Part shown: piece by piece, positions 15,153 through 24,562 of the stretch
Numbering within the stretch: position 1 is the first letter of the stretch
Layout of the letters: each line of letters begins with the position of its first letter
DNA from: an uncultured Burkholderiales bacterium
GTDB lineage: Bacteria > Pseudomonadota > Gammaproteobacteria > Burkholderiales > Usitatibacteraceae
NCBI GenBank assembly: GCA_964498815.1
Contig: CAZCKI010000001.1
Coordinates: 1 to 29,094, forward strand
Direction of reading: 5' to 3'
DNA: 29,094 nucleotides
Translations under genes and position numbers: made by a program
The notes under the pieces: model-generated
The model's database searches: none
What the model saw: only the letters and a program-made list of their open reading frames with translations
Told to the model about the DNA's origin: nothing

Positions 15153-18100
15153 ATGAGCAAAAACATTTTCAAAACCATCCTCGGCGGCGCGCTGCTCGCC
15201 GCGCTGACGGTGCCGGGCATTACGCCGGTCCTCGCTGCCACGCCTACGGCCAACGCATCGGCTGCCGCGCGTCCAACGTTTCCGGCCAAGTTCAGCCTGC
15301 GCGAACGCCAGGTGCGCGCGCCGTACACGACGCAAGCCGAGATGAATCGCTTCCTGTCGGGCAGCACCGGGTCCGGCGCTGCGGCCGTCACCTTGCGCGC
15401 CGCCGCCAGTCCGCTCGCCGCCATCACGCAGTCGGCACCCGCCGCTCCCACCGCCGCCGACCTCGCCGAAACACCGGATATCGTCCTCACCGCCGCGATC
15501 CGCAGCTTGGCCAGCTCGCTCAACAATAACCCTGTGCTGATCTACAACTGGGTGCGCAACAACATCGAATTCGCGCCCACCTACGGCTCGATGCAGGGCG
15601 CCGACATGGTGCTGCAAACCCGCCGCGCCAACGCCATCGATGGCGCCAGCCTGCTGATCGCGCTCTATCGCGCGGCCGGCATCCCCGCCCGGTACGCCTA
15701 CGGCACCGTCGAAATTCCCGGCGCCATGGCGGCCAACTGGGTCGGCGGCGTCGCCACCCCCGCCGCGGCACTGACCTTGCTCTCGCAAGGCGGCGTGCCG
15801 TCCACCTCGGTGGTCTCCGGTTCCACCATCACCGCGATCCGCGTAGAGCACGTCTGGGTCGAAGTGTTCGTCGATTACACGCCCTCGCGCGCCGCCATCA
15901 ACCGCAGCGCGTCGCTGTGGGTGCCGGTCGATCCGTCGTTCAAGCAATCGGTGTTCGCCGCCGGCCTCAACCTGCAAGGCGGTGTGACCCTCGATACCCA
16001 TTCCTTCGTCTCGCAACTGCAGCAGGGCGCCACGCTCAACGCCAGCGAAGGCAGCGCCGGCAGCTTCAACCGCGCCGCAGCTACGACTTCGTACGCCGCC
16101 TACCAGAACGCCGTCGCCACCTTCATTGCTGCGCAAAAACCCAACGCCACCGTCGGCGACGTGCTCGGCACCGTGTCGATCACCGCCGAGAATCACCCCA
16201 TCCTCACCGGCACGCTGCCCTACAAGATCGTGCTGCAATCGGCCCGCTACGCGGCGCTACCCGATACGCTGCGCTGGAAATTCCGCTATGCGCTCTACGC
16301 GAACGACAGCGACCACGTGCAAAACGTCTCCATCGTGTTCAACGAGAGCGCGCTGCCCTCGCTGGGCGGCAAGCGTGTCTCACTCAGCTTCGCACCGGCC
16401 ACCAGCGCCGATGCGACGGCCCTCAACGCCGCACTCACCACCAACCCGCTGCCCGCGACCCTGCTCGGCTTCAACTACCGTCTGAAAGCGCAACTCAAAA
16501 TCGACGGCGCGCTGGTGGTCGAGGGCGGCAGTTTCATCATGGGCACCGGCCTCGTCGCCGCGACCTCGCTGTTCGATCCTTCCACCGGTCTCTGGCAGGA
16601 AGCCGCGCCGCACGCGCCCACCGCCGGCGAAACCATCGCCGTGGTGGTCGCACCGCAAGGCGTCAGCGCCTTGCAACTTGCCGCCAGCCGCGATCGTCTC
16701 AGCGCCACCAAACTGAAACTCGACGGCCAGCAATTCGCCGGCCTGGGAACCGAGGACGTCACCACCGAACCCCTCTACTACGCCGCACTCGCCTACGCCG
16801 CCACCATCGAATCGAACGCACGCCTCAGCGCCAAGGCCTTCGGCGTCGCGACCGCGGTATTGCCGTCAGTAGTGCGTGCGCAGATCAGCAGCGAGACCAC
16901 TTTTTCCGCGGGCGCCCCGCAGAGCGTGCGTTTCTCCGGTGTGGCCCTCGACGTGGATAGCTACAGCCAGATCGCGGTCTCGCAATCCGGCAGCACCAGC
17001 GCGCCGCACGATTTCCAGCGCGCCGTCGGCGAACGCGCCTCGGTGTTCGGCCACCTGATCCTGGAAACCCTGTTCACCGACAGCCAGCACGCGGGCGAGG
17101 GCGCCTCGGCGCTCAAGACGCTGTCGCGCGCCAACGATGCCGGGCAGAAACTGTTCGTCGTCACTGCCGCCAATTTCAGCGCGGTGCAACCGCAGCTGGG
17201 CGCCAGCGCCGATGTGAAGCAGCAGCTCGACAACGGTACCCGCGCCGGCAAGCAGGGCCTGGTGCACCAGAACGATCTCAGCCTCGGCGCCTGGACCGGC
17301 ACCGGCTACGTGGTCGAAGACACGACCAGTGGCTCCGGCAATTACGAAGTGCGCGGGCAGGTCACCGCCGTCCTGTACCCCAACGGCGGCTGGTCTCCGC
17401 TCGCGCTTGGCGGACAGGCGATCGCGGCCGGCAACGGCGGCCCGGTCGGCAGCGGCCTCAGCAACATTTTCGGCCAGGCGATCGGCGCCTACGCTTCGTT
17501 CAGCGCCTTGCTGGGCGACTATCGCGCGGTGCCCTGGGCGAGCTTCGCCGGCGCCGGCGCTTTCACCGCGACCGAATGGTTACAGGCAGTGCAGCCGACC
17601 TTGGTCGGCCAGCTCGGCAACGGCTACGGCGGGCTCGGCCTGTCGCTCGCCGCCAACGGCATCACCACCCTCAATGGTGCGGTGCTGGTCAACAATCCGC
17701 CCGTCTTCACCAGCAACCCCGTGACCGCTGCCGCCAGCGGCCAGCTCTATCGCTACTTAGCCACCGTCACCGATCCGGAAAACGATCCGGTCGGCTTCCA
17801 GTTGATCGGCCCGCCCCCAGGGATGTCGGTCACCTCGGCGGGCCTGGTCACCTGGATCTCGCCCGTCAACGGCACCTATTCGATCGTCGTGCGCGCCAAC
17901 GACGGCCACAGCAACGTCGATCAGCGCTACACCCTCACCGTTACCGATGTGCTGCCGCGCGATCTGACTCTGGTCGTCACCCCGCGCTACGTCGGCAGCG
18001 GCGACGCCGTCACCGTCACCCTCGCCAATATTGGTGGTGTCGGCAGCGTCACCAATACGCTCACCGTCGATGGACAGGCGGTTGCGCTCGATGCCTCGGG

Positions 18101-21100
18101 CCAGGCGCACCTCATCGCCGGCGCCGCCGGTCCGCACCTGATTGTCGCCACCGCCACCGATAACTCCGGCACCATCACCCGCTCCAGCGCCTACGGTGTC
18201 CGCAGCGCGGCCGACACCACGCCGCCGGTGGTTGCCATCCTCAGCCCCGCCACCGGCACCGAGATCCGCTCGGCCATCGAAATCGTCGGCACCGCCAGCG
18301 ATGCCAACCTGGTCGAATGGCAATTGCTGGTGTCGCCGGCAGGGCAGGGCTTGTACAGCGTGCTGGCAGCGGGAAACACTTCGCAGACCGGCGCGGTGCT
18401 GGGCCGCTTCGATCCCTCGCAGCTCGTCAACGGCCAGTGGGATGTGCTGCTGCGCGCCGCCGACGCCAACGGCCAGGAAACGAGCCTGCGCGTCACCTTT
18501 GAGGTCAACGGCAACCTGAAGATCGGCCAGTTCTCGCTCTCGTTCCTCGACATGAGTCTCGACGCGGCCGGCATCCCGGTATCGGTCACGCGCAGCTACG
18601 ACACCCGCCGCAAAAACGAATCGCTCGATTTCGGCTACGGCTGGACCGTCGATTACCAGAACGTGCGCGTGCAAAAGAACCTCACGCCCGGCATCGGCTG
18701 GCAGATCTACAATCAGGGCCTGCTGAACGTCTGCATCCGCCCGATCGGCAAACGCACCATCAGCATCGCGCTGCCGGACGGCAAGCTGCATCGCTTCGAT
18801 GTCGGCGCCAATCCCGAATGCGCCACCGGGCAAGCGCCGTCCGCGTTCCAACCCACCTTCACCCCGCGCGCCGATACCACCTCCACGCTGGTCGACGCCG
18901 AGGCCGCACCGCTGCTGATCCAGGGCGACACCGTCTATAACGTCGACGGCCAGCCCTACAATCCCGGCAAGTTCCAGCTCACCACCGTCGAAGGCTTCGT
19001 CTATACGCTGGACCAGAATTTCGGCATCAAATCGGTGAAGGAGCCCAACGGCAACACCGTCACCTTCGGCGCCAACGGCATCGTCCACTCGGCCGGCCTC
19101 AGCATCACCTTCACCCGCGACGCGCAAGGCCGCATCAACAAAATCACCGACCCGTCGGGCAAGTTCCTCGTCTATGCCTATAACGACAACGGCGACCTCA
19201 TTTCCGTCACCGACCGCAGCGGCGGCGTTTCGGCGATGACCTACAACGCAAGCCACGGCCTGCTCACCTTCACCGACCCGCGCGGCATCCAGTTAGCCAA
19301 GAACGAATACGACGCCAGCGGCCGCCTCACCGCGCAGTACGACGCCGCCGGCAACAAAATTGACCTGTCCGCACGCGACATCCCCGGCCAGCGCGAAACC
19401 GTGCGCGACCGCCGCGGCAACGCAACCGTCTACGAATACGATACCTCCGGCAACGTTACCCGAGTCACCGACGCGCTCGGCGGCGTCACGACCTATAGCT
19501 ACGATAGCCAGGGCAACGAACTCTCCAAGACCGACGCCAACGGCAACACCGTCAACCGCGTGATCGATCTCAACACCGGCAAGGTGTTCACCGAGACCGA
19601 TGCGCTCAACCACAGCACCAGCAACGCCTACAACACGGTGCCCGGCGCCAACGGCCCCAGCCCCAATACGCTGAAGACCCTGACCGACGCCAACGGCAAC
19701 GTAACCACCTTCGGCTACGACCCCAACGACAACCCCACCAGCATCACCGACGCCAACGGCAAAGTGACCGGCATGCAGTGGAACGGCGGCAACCTCACCC
19801 AGCTCAAAGACGCCCTCGGCAACGCCACCCAGTACGTCTACGACAGCAAAGGCCGCCGCACCAAGGAGACCGACGCCACGGGAGCCGTCACCCAATACGG
19901 CTTCGATGCCAACGGCAACCAGACCAGCACCACCAGAACCCGTACGGTCAATGGCCAGGTAGTAGCGATGAGCACCAGCCGCACCCTCGACGGAGACGGC
20001 AATGCGCTCACCGAAACCGACGCCCTCGGCAACGTAACGCAGACGAGCTACACGCCGCTGAAGAAGGTCGACACCAGCACCGACGCCAAGGGCCGCATCA
20101 CCCGCTACGGCTACGACAACCGCGGCTACCAGACCAGCGTAACGCTGCCCGACGGCACCAGCGAGCAGACCGCCTTCGACGCCAACGGTAACGAGACCAT
20201 CCACATCGACGCGGCAGGACGCAGCACCGTCACCACCTTCGATGCGCTCAACCGCCCAACCCAGGTCACCAACCCCGACGGCAGCTTCACCCAGAGCCAA
20301 TACGACGCCGGCGGCCGCCTCACCCAAACGACCGACGAGCGCGGCAATACCAGCAGCTTCGAATACGACGCCGCCGGCCGCCGCACCAAGATCACCGACG
20401 CGCTGGGCAATATCACCCTCTCGGCGTATGACGCCAACGGCAACCTGACCCAGATCACCGACCCGGCCGGCAACGTCACCACCTACACCTATGACGCCAC
20501 CAACCGCCGCACCAAGACCACCTTCGCCGCGGTCAACGGGGTTACCAGCAGCGTCACCACCGGCTACGACGCGGCAGGCCGCAAGGTAAGCGACACCGAC
20601 GAAGCCGGCAACGTTACCCAATACGGCTACGACGGCGTCGGCCGCCTCACCAAGGTCACCGACGCAATGGGCGGCATCACCCAATACGGCTACGACGAGG
20701 CCGGCAACAAAATCTCCCAAACCGACGCCCTGGGCCACATTACCCGGTGGGATTACGACCACCTCGGCCGGGTGACCAAGCGCACGCTGCCCGAAGGCAT
20801 GGCGGAAAGCTTCACCTTTGACGCCGCCGGCAATGTGGCGAGCCACACCGATTTCAACGGCGCCGTGATGAGCTATACCTACGACGCCAATAACCGCCTG
20901 CAAAAGCGCACCGACCCCATCATCGGCACCAGCGCCACCACCGACACCGTCTACACCTACACCCTGACCGGGCAAGTCGCGACTGTCACCGACCAGAACG
21001 GCCAGATCGGCTACACCTATGATCAAAGAGACCGCCTCACCAAAGTGCAGAACCCGGATGGTTCGCAGCTGAGCTACACCTACGACCCGGCCGGCAACCG

Positions 21101-22958
21101 CGCCACCATCACCAGCCAAACCGGCGCCGAGGCGTCGCGCACCACCGGCTACAGCTACGACAACCTAAACCGCCTCGCCACACTGACCGACCCCAATGGC
21201 AAGCAGACCACCTATGCCTACGACGCGGTCGGCAACCTGAAGAGCACCACGCTGCCCAACGGTATCCGCACCGACAACTTCTTCGATGCGAGAAACCGCC
21301 TGACGGGCATCGAACACCGCCGCGTGGCCGACAACGTGCAGTTGGGCAGCATTACTTACACCCTCAGCGCCAACGGACTGCGTGCGCAGGTTTCGGAGAA
21401 CTTCGCCGCCAACGGCGCAGCCGGTGCAGGAGCCACGCCGACCCGAACGATCAGCTACCAATACGATGCCCTCAAGCGCCTCGTCCAGGAAACGCAGACC
21501 AACGGCACCAGGAGCATCCATTACATGCTCGATGCGGTGGGTAACCGGGTTGCGGCGGATGGGCAACTGGCCGGTACGTCAGTGTTTGACAGGAACGACC
21601 GGATCCAGAGTGTCAGCCAGCCGAATCAGAGCCAGACCTTTGGCTATGACTTGAATGGGAATACGACGCGGGTGCAGACCACGGCAACTGGTGCGACAGC
21701 GCCGACGACGGCTGACCTAAGCTGGGATGCGAATGGGCGTCTGATCGGGCAAAACCTTACTGCACCCGGCAGCACGCCAATTGCCAGCCGCTTTACGTAT
21801 GACGCGGATGGGATTCGTATCGCTGCGACGAGAGGCACTACGCCGACCATCACCAATGCCACGAACTACGTCTACGACAAGAACCGTGCCTATGCGCAGG
21901 TGCTGGAGGAGCGGGATGGGGCGGGGAGTTTGGTGGTCAGCTATGTCTACTCGGATGCAGGGCCTATCAGTCAGACTCGGAATGTTGGGACGGTTGCTAG
22001 CCCGGTTTGGGCAACTAGCTATTACTTGACCGATGGGTTGGGGAGTGTGAGGTTGCTCGCCGACGCAACGGGTGCGACTAGTGATTCATTTGACTTCGGC
22101 ACGTATGGAGAGTTGCTGGGGCAGGGGAGTACGGGTAGCCAGACTGCGAATAGTATTTTGTTTGCGGGAGAGCAATACGACCCCACGCTTGGTCTCTACT
22201 ACAACCGGGCGCGGTATTTGAATCCCGGGGTGGGCCGGTTTAGCAGTTTCGACTCGTGGGCCGGCAACGCAAGAAACCCGCTGACGCTAAACAAGTATGC
22301 ATACGCGAACGGTAATCCGATTAGTATGCGCGACCCAAGCGGAAGGATTGGTCTTGCCGAAATTGGAACTGGAATTGGAATTTCGGTTAGTCTTAACATT
22401 GTCGGCAATTTCATAAGTGGTGATACGTCACCTCAGGCGCTGGGCCAAAGCGTTCTGTGGGGAACGGTGGAAGGTGTTGCGTTCGTCGGTGTCGCAGCGG
22501 CGATTGGCAAGACTGCGCTTATCGCGGGTAAAGCTCTGAAGTCCGCGTATTTTGCGCGGCAAATAGCCAGAACTTTCTCGCTCGTCGAGCAGTCAGGGCC
22601 AGCCATCAACGGCTTCAAAAAGCTGGGGTTACAGTCTATTCTTAGGACACGCGCTGGAAAATTTGTCGTTAGTTCAGGTACCGATGCAGCGGGCAATATT
22701 ACGGGTGCGCTCAAGCATGTAATTCAAGATCAGATAAACAAGTATGGGATTGGCGCTGCCGCAACAACTGAATTCTCAGAAGCGTTGCTAATTCAAGAAT
22801 TGAAAGCAATCCTAGAAGAGGCTGCATCTTCTGGAATCGTATATGGAGAAAAAATGCTAGTAACAACTCAAGGTGGATTTACATACGAAATTATTTTAGA
22901 CGTGGCCCGTGCATCTGATCAGGTTGGTCGCATCTTTCATATTCTTCCGAAGTTCTAG
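15153..22958 (+). CDS. Rhs/YD-repeat polymorphic toxin (~2600 aa) with Sec signal peptide, transglutaminase-like domain, cadherin/Ig-like domains, Rhs shell and core, and an unclassified 204-aa C-terminal tip
   Basis: ATG 15153 (SD agga) gives signal peptide MSKNIFKTILGGALLAALTVPGITPVLA|AT; the track start is GTG 15099. Contains ALYRAAGIPARY..HVWVEV..WVPVDPS, SVTRSYD..DFGYGW, many YD repeats, and core FAGEQYDPTLGLYYNRARY...NPISMRDPSG (DPSG at 22332-22343). Confidence 0.93.
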   Translation: MSKNIFKTILGGALLAALTVPGITPVLAATPTANASAAARPTFPAKFSLRERQVRAPYTTQAEMNRFLSGSTGSGAAAVTLRAAASPLAAITQSAPAAPTAADLAETPDIVLTAAIRSLASSLNNNPVLIYNWVRNNIEFAPTYGSMQGADMVLQTRRANAIDGASLLIALYRAAGIPARYAYGTVEIPGAMAANWVGGVATPAAALTLLSQGGVPSTSVVSGSTITAIRVEHVWVEVFVDYTPSRAAINRSASLWVPVDPSFKQSVFAAGLNLQGGVTLDTHSFVSQLQQGATLNASEGSAGSFNRAAATTSYAAYQNAVATFIAAQKPNATVGDVLGTVSITAENHPILTGTLPYKIVLQSARYAALPDTLRWKFRYALYANDSDHVQNVSIVFNESALPSLGGKRVSLSFAPATSADATALNAALTTNPLPATLLGFNYRLKAQLKIDGALVVEGGSFIMGTGLVAATSLFDPSTGLWQEAAPHAPTAGETIAVVVAPQGVSALQLAASRDRLSATKLKLDGQQFAGLGTEDVTTEPLYYAALAYAATIESNARLSAKAFGVATAVLPSVVRAQISSETTFSAGAPQSVRFSGVALDVDSYSQIAVSQSGSTSAPHDFQRAVGERASVFGHLILETLFTDSQHAGEGASALKTLSRANDAGQKLFVVTAANFSAVQPQLGASADVKQQLDNGTRAGKQGLVHQNDLSLGAWTGTGYVVEDTTSGSGNYEVRGQVTAVLYPNGGWSPLALGGQAIAAGNGGPVGSGLSNIFGQAIGAYASFSALLGDYRAVPWASFAGAGAFTATEWLQAVQPTLVGQLGNGYGGLGLSLAANGITTLNGAVLVNNPPVFTSNPVTAAASGQLYRYLATVTDPENDPVGFQLIGPPPGMSVTSAGLVTWISPVNGTYSIVVRANDGHSNVDQRYTLTVTDVLPRDLTLVVTPRYVGSGDAVTVTLANIGGVGSVTNTLTVDGQAVALDASGQAHLIAGAAGPHLIVATATDNSGTITRSSAYGVRSAADTTPPVVAILSPATGTEIRSAIEIVGTASDANLVEWQLLVSPAGQGLYSVLAAGNTSQTGAVLGRFDPSQLVNGQWDVLLRAADANGQETSLRVTFEVNGNLKIGQFSLSFLDMSLDAAGIPVSVTRSYDTRRKNESLDFGYGWTVDYQNVRVQKNLTPGIGWQIYNQGLLNVCIRPIGKRTISIALPDGKLHRFDVGANPECATGQAPSAFQPTFTPRADTTSTLVDAEAAPLLIQGDTVYNVDGQPYNPGKFQLTTVEGFVYTLDQNFGIKSVKEPNGNTVTFGANGIVHSAGLSITFTRDAQGRINKITDPSGKFLVYAYNDNGDLISVTDRSGGVSAMTYNASHGLLTFTDPRGIQLAKNEYDASGRLTAQYDAAGNKIDLSARDIPGQRETVRDRRGNATVYEYDTSGNVTRVTDALGGVTTYSYDSQGNELSKTDANGNTVNRVIDLNTGKVFTETDALNHSTSNAYNTVPGANGPSPNTLKTLTDANGNVTTFGYDPNDNPTSITDANGKVTGMQWNGGNLTQLKDALGNATQYVYDSKGRRTKETDATGAVTQYGFDANGNQTSTTRTRTVNGQVVAMSTSRTLDGDGNALTETDALGNVTQTSYTPLKKVDTSTDAKGRITRYGYDNRGYQTSVTLPDGTSEQTAFDANGNETIHIDAAGRSTVTTFDALNRPTQVTNPDGSFTQSQYDAGGRLTQTTDERGNTSSFEYDAAGRRTKITDALGNITLSAYDANGNLTQITDPAGNVTTYTYDATNRRTKTTFAAVNGVTSSVTTGYDAAGRKVSDTDEAGNVTQYGYDGVGRLTKVTDAMGGITQYGYDEAGNKISQTDALGHITRWDYDHLGRVTKRTLPEGMAESFTFDAAGNVASHTDFNGAVMSYTYDANNRLQKRTDPIIGTSATTDTVYTYTLTGQVATVTDQNGQIGYTYDQRDRLTKVQNPDGSQLSYTYDPAGNRATITSQTGAEASRTTGYSYDNLNRLATLTDPNGKQTTYAYDAVGNLKSTTLPNGIRTDNFFDARNRLTGIEHRRVADNVQLGSITYTLSANGLRAQVSENFAANGAAGAGATPTRTISYQYDALKRLVQETQTNGTRSIHYMLDAVGNRVAADGQLAGTSVFDRNDRIQSVSQPNQSQTFGYDLNGNTTRVQTTATGATAPTTADLSWDANGRLIGQNLTAPGSTPIASRFTYDADGIRIAATRGTTPTITNATNYVYDKNRAYAQVLEERDGAGSLVVSYVYSDAGPISQTRNVGTVASPVWATSYYLTDGLGSVRLLADATGATSDSFDFGTYGELLGQGSTGSQTANSILFAGEQYDPTLGLYYNRARYLNPGVGRFSSFDSWAGNARNPLTLNKYAYANGNPISMRDPSGRIGLAEIGTGIGISVSLNIVGNFISGDTSPQALGQSVLWGTVEGVAFVGVAAAIGKTALIAGKALKSAYFARQIARTFSLVEQSGPAINGFKKLGLQSILRTRAGKFVVSSGTDAAGNITGALKHVIQDQINKYGIGAAATTEFSEALLIQELKAILEEAASSGIVYGEKMLVTTQGGFTYEIILDVARASDQVGRIFHILPKF
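19463..21992 (+). repeat. Rhs core repeat, copy 1 (2530 bp, apparently identical to 24667-27196)
   Basis: Constant 5204-bp offset. Sense and antisense ORF-track translations are identical across both copies, and spot-checked DNA is identical. Not aligned base by base. Confidence 0.9.
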
Positions 22959-22960
22959 AT

Positions 22961-23512
22961 ATGTTGTGGCTAACTCTTGCTGATAGTTCAGCGAAAAGCG
23001 ATTCGTTGCCAAATTGCCGAGTATTGGCAGACACCCCATATGTTTTCTCGTTGCAACTAGTTCATGAGCGCGGAAGGCCGATTGCAATGTCTCTGCCCGC
23101 CTTCGATTTTCAATTGGAAGGTAGCTCGCGTGGACCAGTAGTTCAGTTGATCATTTGTGGTGGTCGCATCCAGGCGATTGACGGCCTAGTTTTTCGTCGG
23201 ACACAGATTACAAATTACCAATCTCGACATTCTGCGACCGAAAATACTATCGATCATGTACCCCTGTTGGGGTTAATACCTGTGGCTCACGGACAAGCGC
23301 CTGTTGTTACGGGGAACACGGTTGTTCAGAACGCCATTGTCACTATTCAAGCATATGAAGATGCGCTAGTGTTTTCATTTGATGATTTCAAGGCTGCATT
23401 TGCGACGCTGGTCGCGAAGGATTTCGCGATGGGCGTCTCCGCAGAGGGGTATCTTGGTTCGTTTATCTTTTTTGGCAGTCTCGCCAAAGAGATTCTTTCT
23501 AAAGCTAACTAG
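22961..23512 (+). CDS. Putative cognate immunity protein for Rhs tip 1
   Basis: Begins 2 nt after the Rhs stop and shares the AT-richer composition of the toxin tip. An alternative start at ATG 23087 has SD ggaagg. No recognisable family. Confidence 0.6.
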   Translation: MLWLTLADSSAKSDSLPNCRVLADTPYVFSLQLVHERGRPIAMSLPAFDFQLEGSSRGPVVQLIICGGRIQAIDGLVFRRTQITNYQSRHSATENTIDHVPLLGLIPVAHGQAPVVTGNTVVQNAIVTIQAYEDALVFSFDDFKAAFATLVAKDFAMGVSAEGYLGSFIFFGSLAKEILSKAN

Positions 23513-23575
23513 GAGCTACAAGTATAGTTGACGCGAAATAGCTGGCCGAGACCATGACAGCGGTGACTGAATCAC

Positions 23576-24451
23576 ATGTTTAAGCGCCAAGAAATTTCGC
23601 AAACTGATTTGCCAGCGTTGTTCGCGCCGGACGCTGGCGGGGCAATCGCCGGCAACCTGCGCCAGAAGGATGCTGCCGCAGCATATATCTTAAATTTTCG
23701 AAATGCGCCTTACACGCTCGTAGCATTTTTGCCGCCGGCTAAGAGCCAATTCATAGACTTTGCGTGCCTTACCGATTTTGATCAACAGTTGGCTGGTGAT
23801 CTTGCCCCGACACTGGCGGATCGCCTGCAAATGAGCAAAGAGCTACAAAAGGCCGGAGTGCCAGTGGAATCGGCTCGCGCCGTTGCTCCGATTGTGCCCT
23901 ATGGGGGCGCAAAATTTGTAGTGCTACCGACCTCGGTCCGTGACTGGTGTTTGGATTTCCATGATGAATTGGCGAGCGGCGTTTTGCCCGCATTTGTTGA
24001 AGAGGATCCTATTTTTCGAGGGATTTGGGGCCGGCCGCTCGAAGAATTCAGTGTGCCAAGCTGGTTTTTCCCGCTTACAAGTTATGGAGACTATTCAATA
24101 AGCGAAAGAATTGCATTGGCCGACGCATTTTTAAGTGCATCGAGCCGAGTTAGATCGGAACTAACTAGCGTTGACAACAAATTTATGCACGAAGCATTTA
24201 TGTCAATTAACCTAAAACTAGATGACACGCCGGAATTGGCAAAACTTGTTTCATTGCGTATAGAAATCGTGCGGTATTTAGGTTCTGCCTTATTTAGAGG
24301 CGAGCTATCCAGATTCTTGATTTCTCTTAAAAGTAATGAAAATGGCGGCAAGCTTCGGACGTCTATCGCGCGCAATTGCCAACAATATCTTGATAATCTC
24401 GCAGTCAAATTGCCAGTTATCAATCAAATATTTTTGAATTACAGGAATTAG
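23576..24451 (+). CDS. Hypothetical protein (291 aa) within the toxin/immunity cassette
   Basis: Uninterrupted 291-codon ORF in AT-richer DNA with globular composition. No motif recognised. Confidence 0.7.
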   Translation: MFKRQEISQTDLPALFAPDAGGAIAGNLRQKDAAAAYILNFRNAPYTLVAFLPPAKSQFIDFACLTDFDQQLAGDLAPTLADRLQMSKELQKAGVPVESARAVAPIVPYGGAKFVVLPTSVRDWCLDFHDELASGVLPAFVEEDPIFRGIWGRPLEEFSVPSWFFPLTSYGDYSISERIALADAFLSASSRVRSELTSVDNKFMHEAFMSINLKLDDTPELAKLVSLRIEIVRYLGSALFRGELSRFLISLKSNENGGKLRTSIARNCQQYLDNLAVKLPVINQIFLNYRN

Positions 24452-24562
24452 AAGGGTCCATCGAGCTTTCCCTGTCTTCATAGGAACCGCGTTTTCGAAA
24501 GATCAATGACGTTTCCTCCGCGATTTCCTCGCGGCCGCTAGAAATATTCTCATCTCTTAGCC

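Noticed and set aside
15015-21119. Other long antisense or alternate-frame ORFs over the Rhs gene (15015-16238, 17757-19256, 19293-21119, 15917-16960) and their copies at +5204
   Set aside because: Fully overlap a well-supported CDS and are explained by codon bias.
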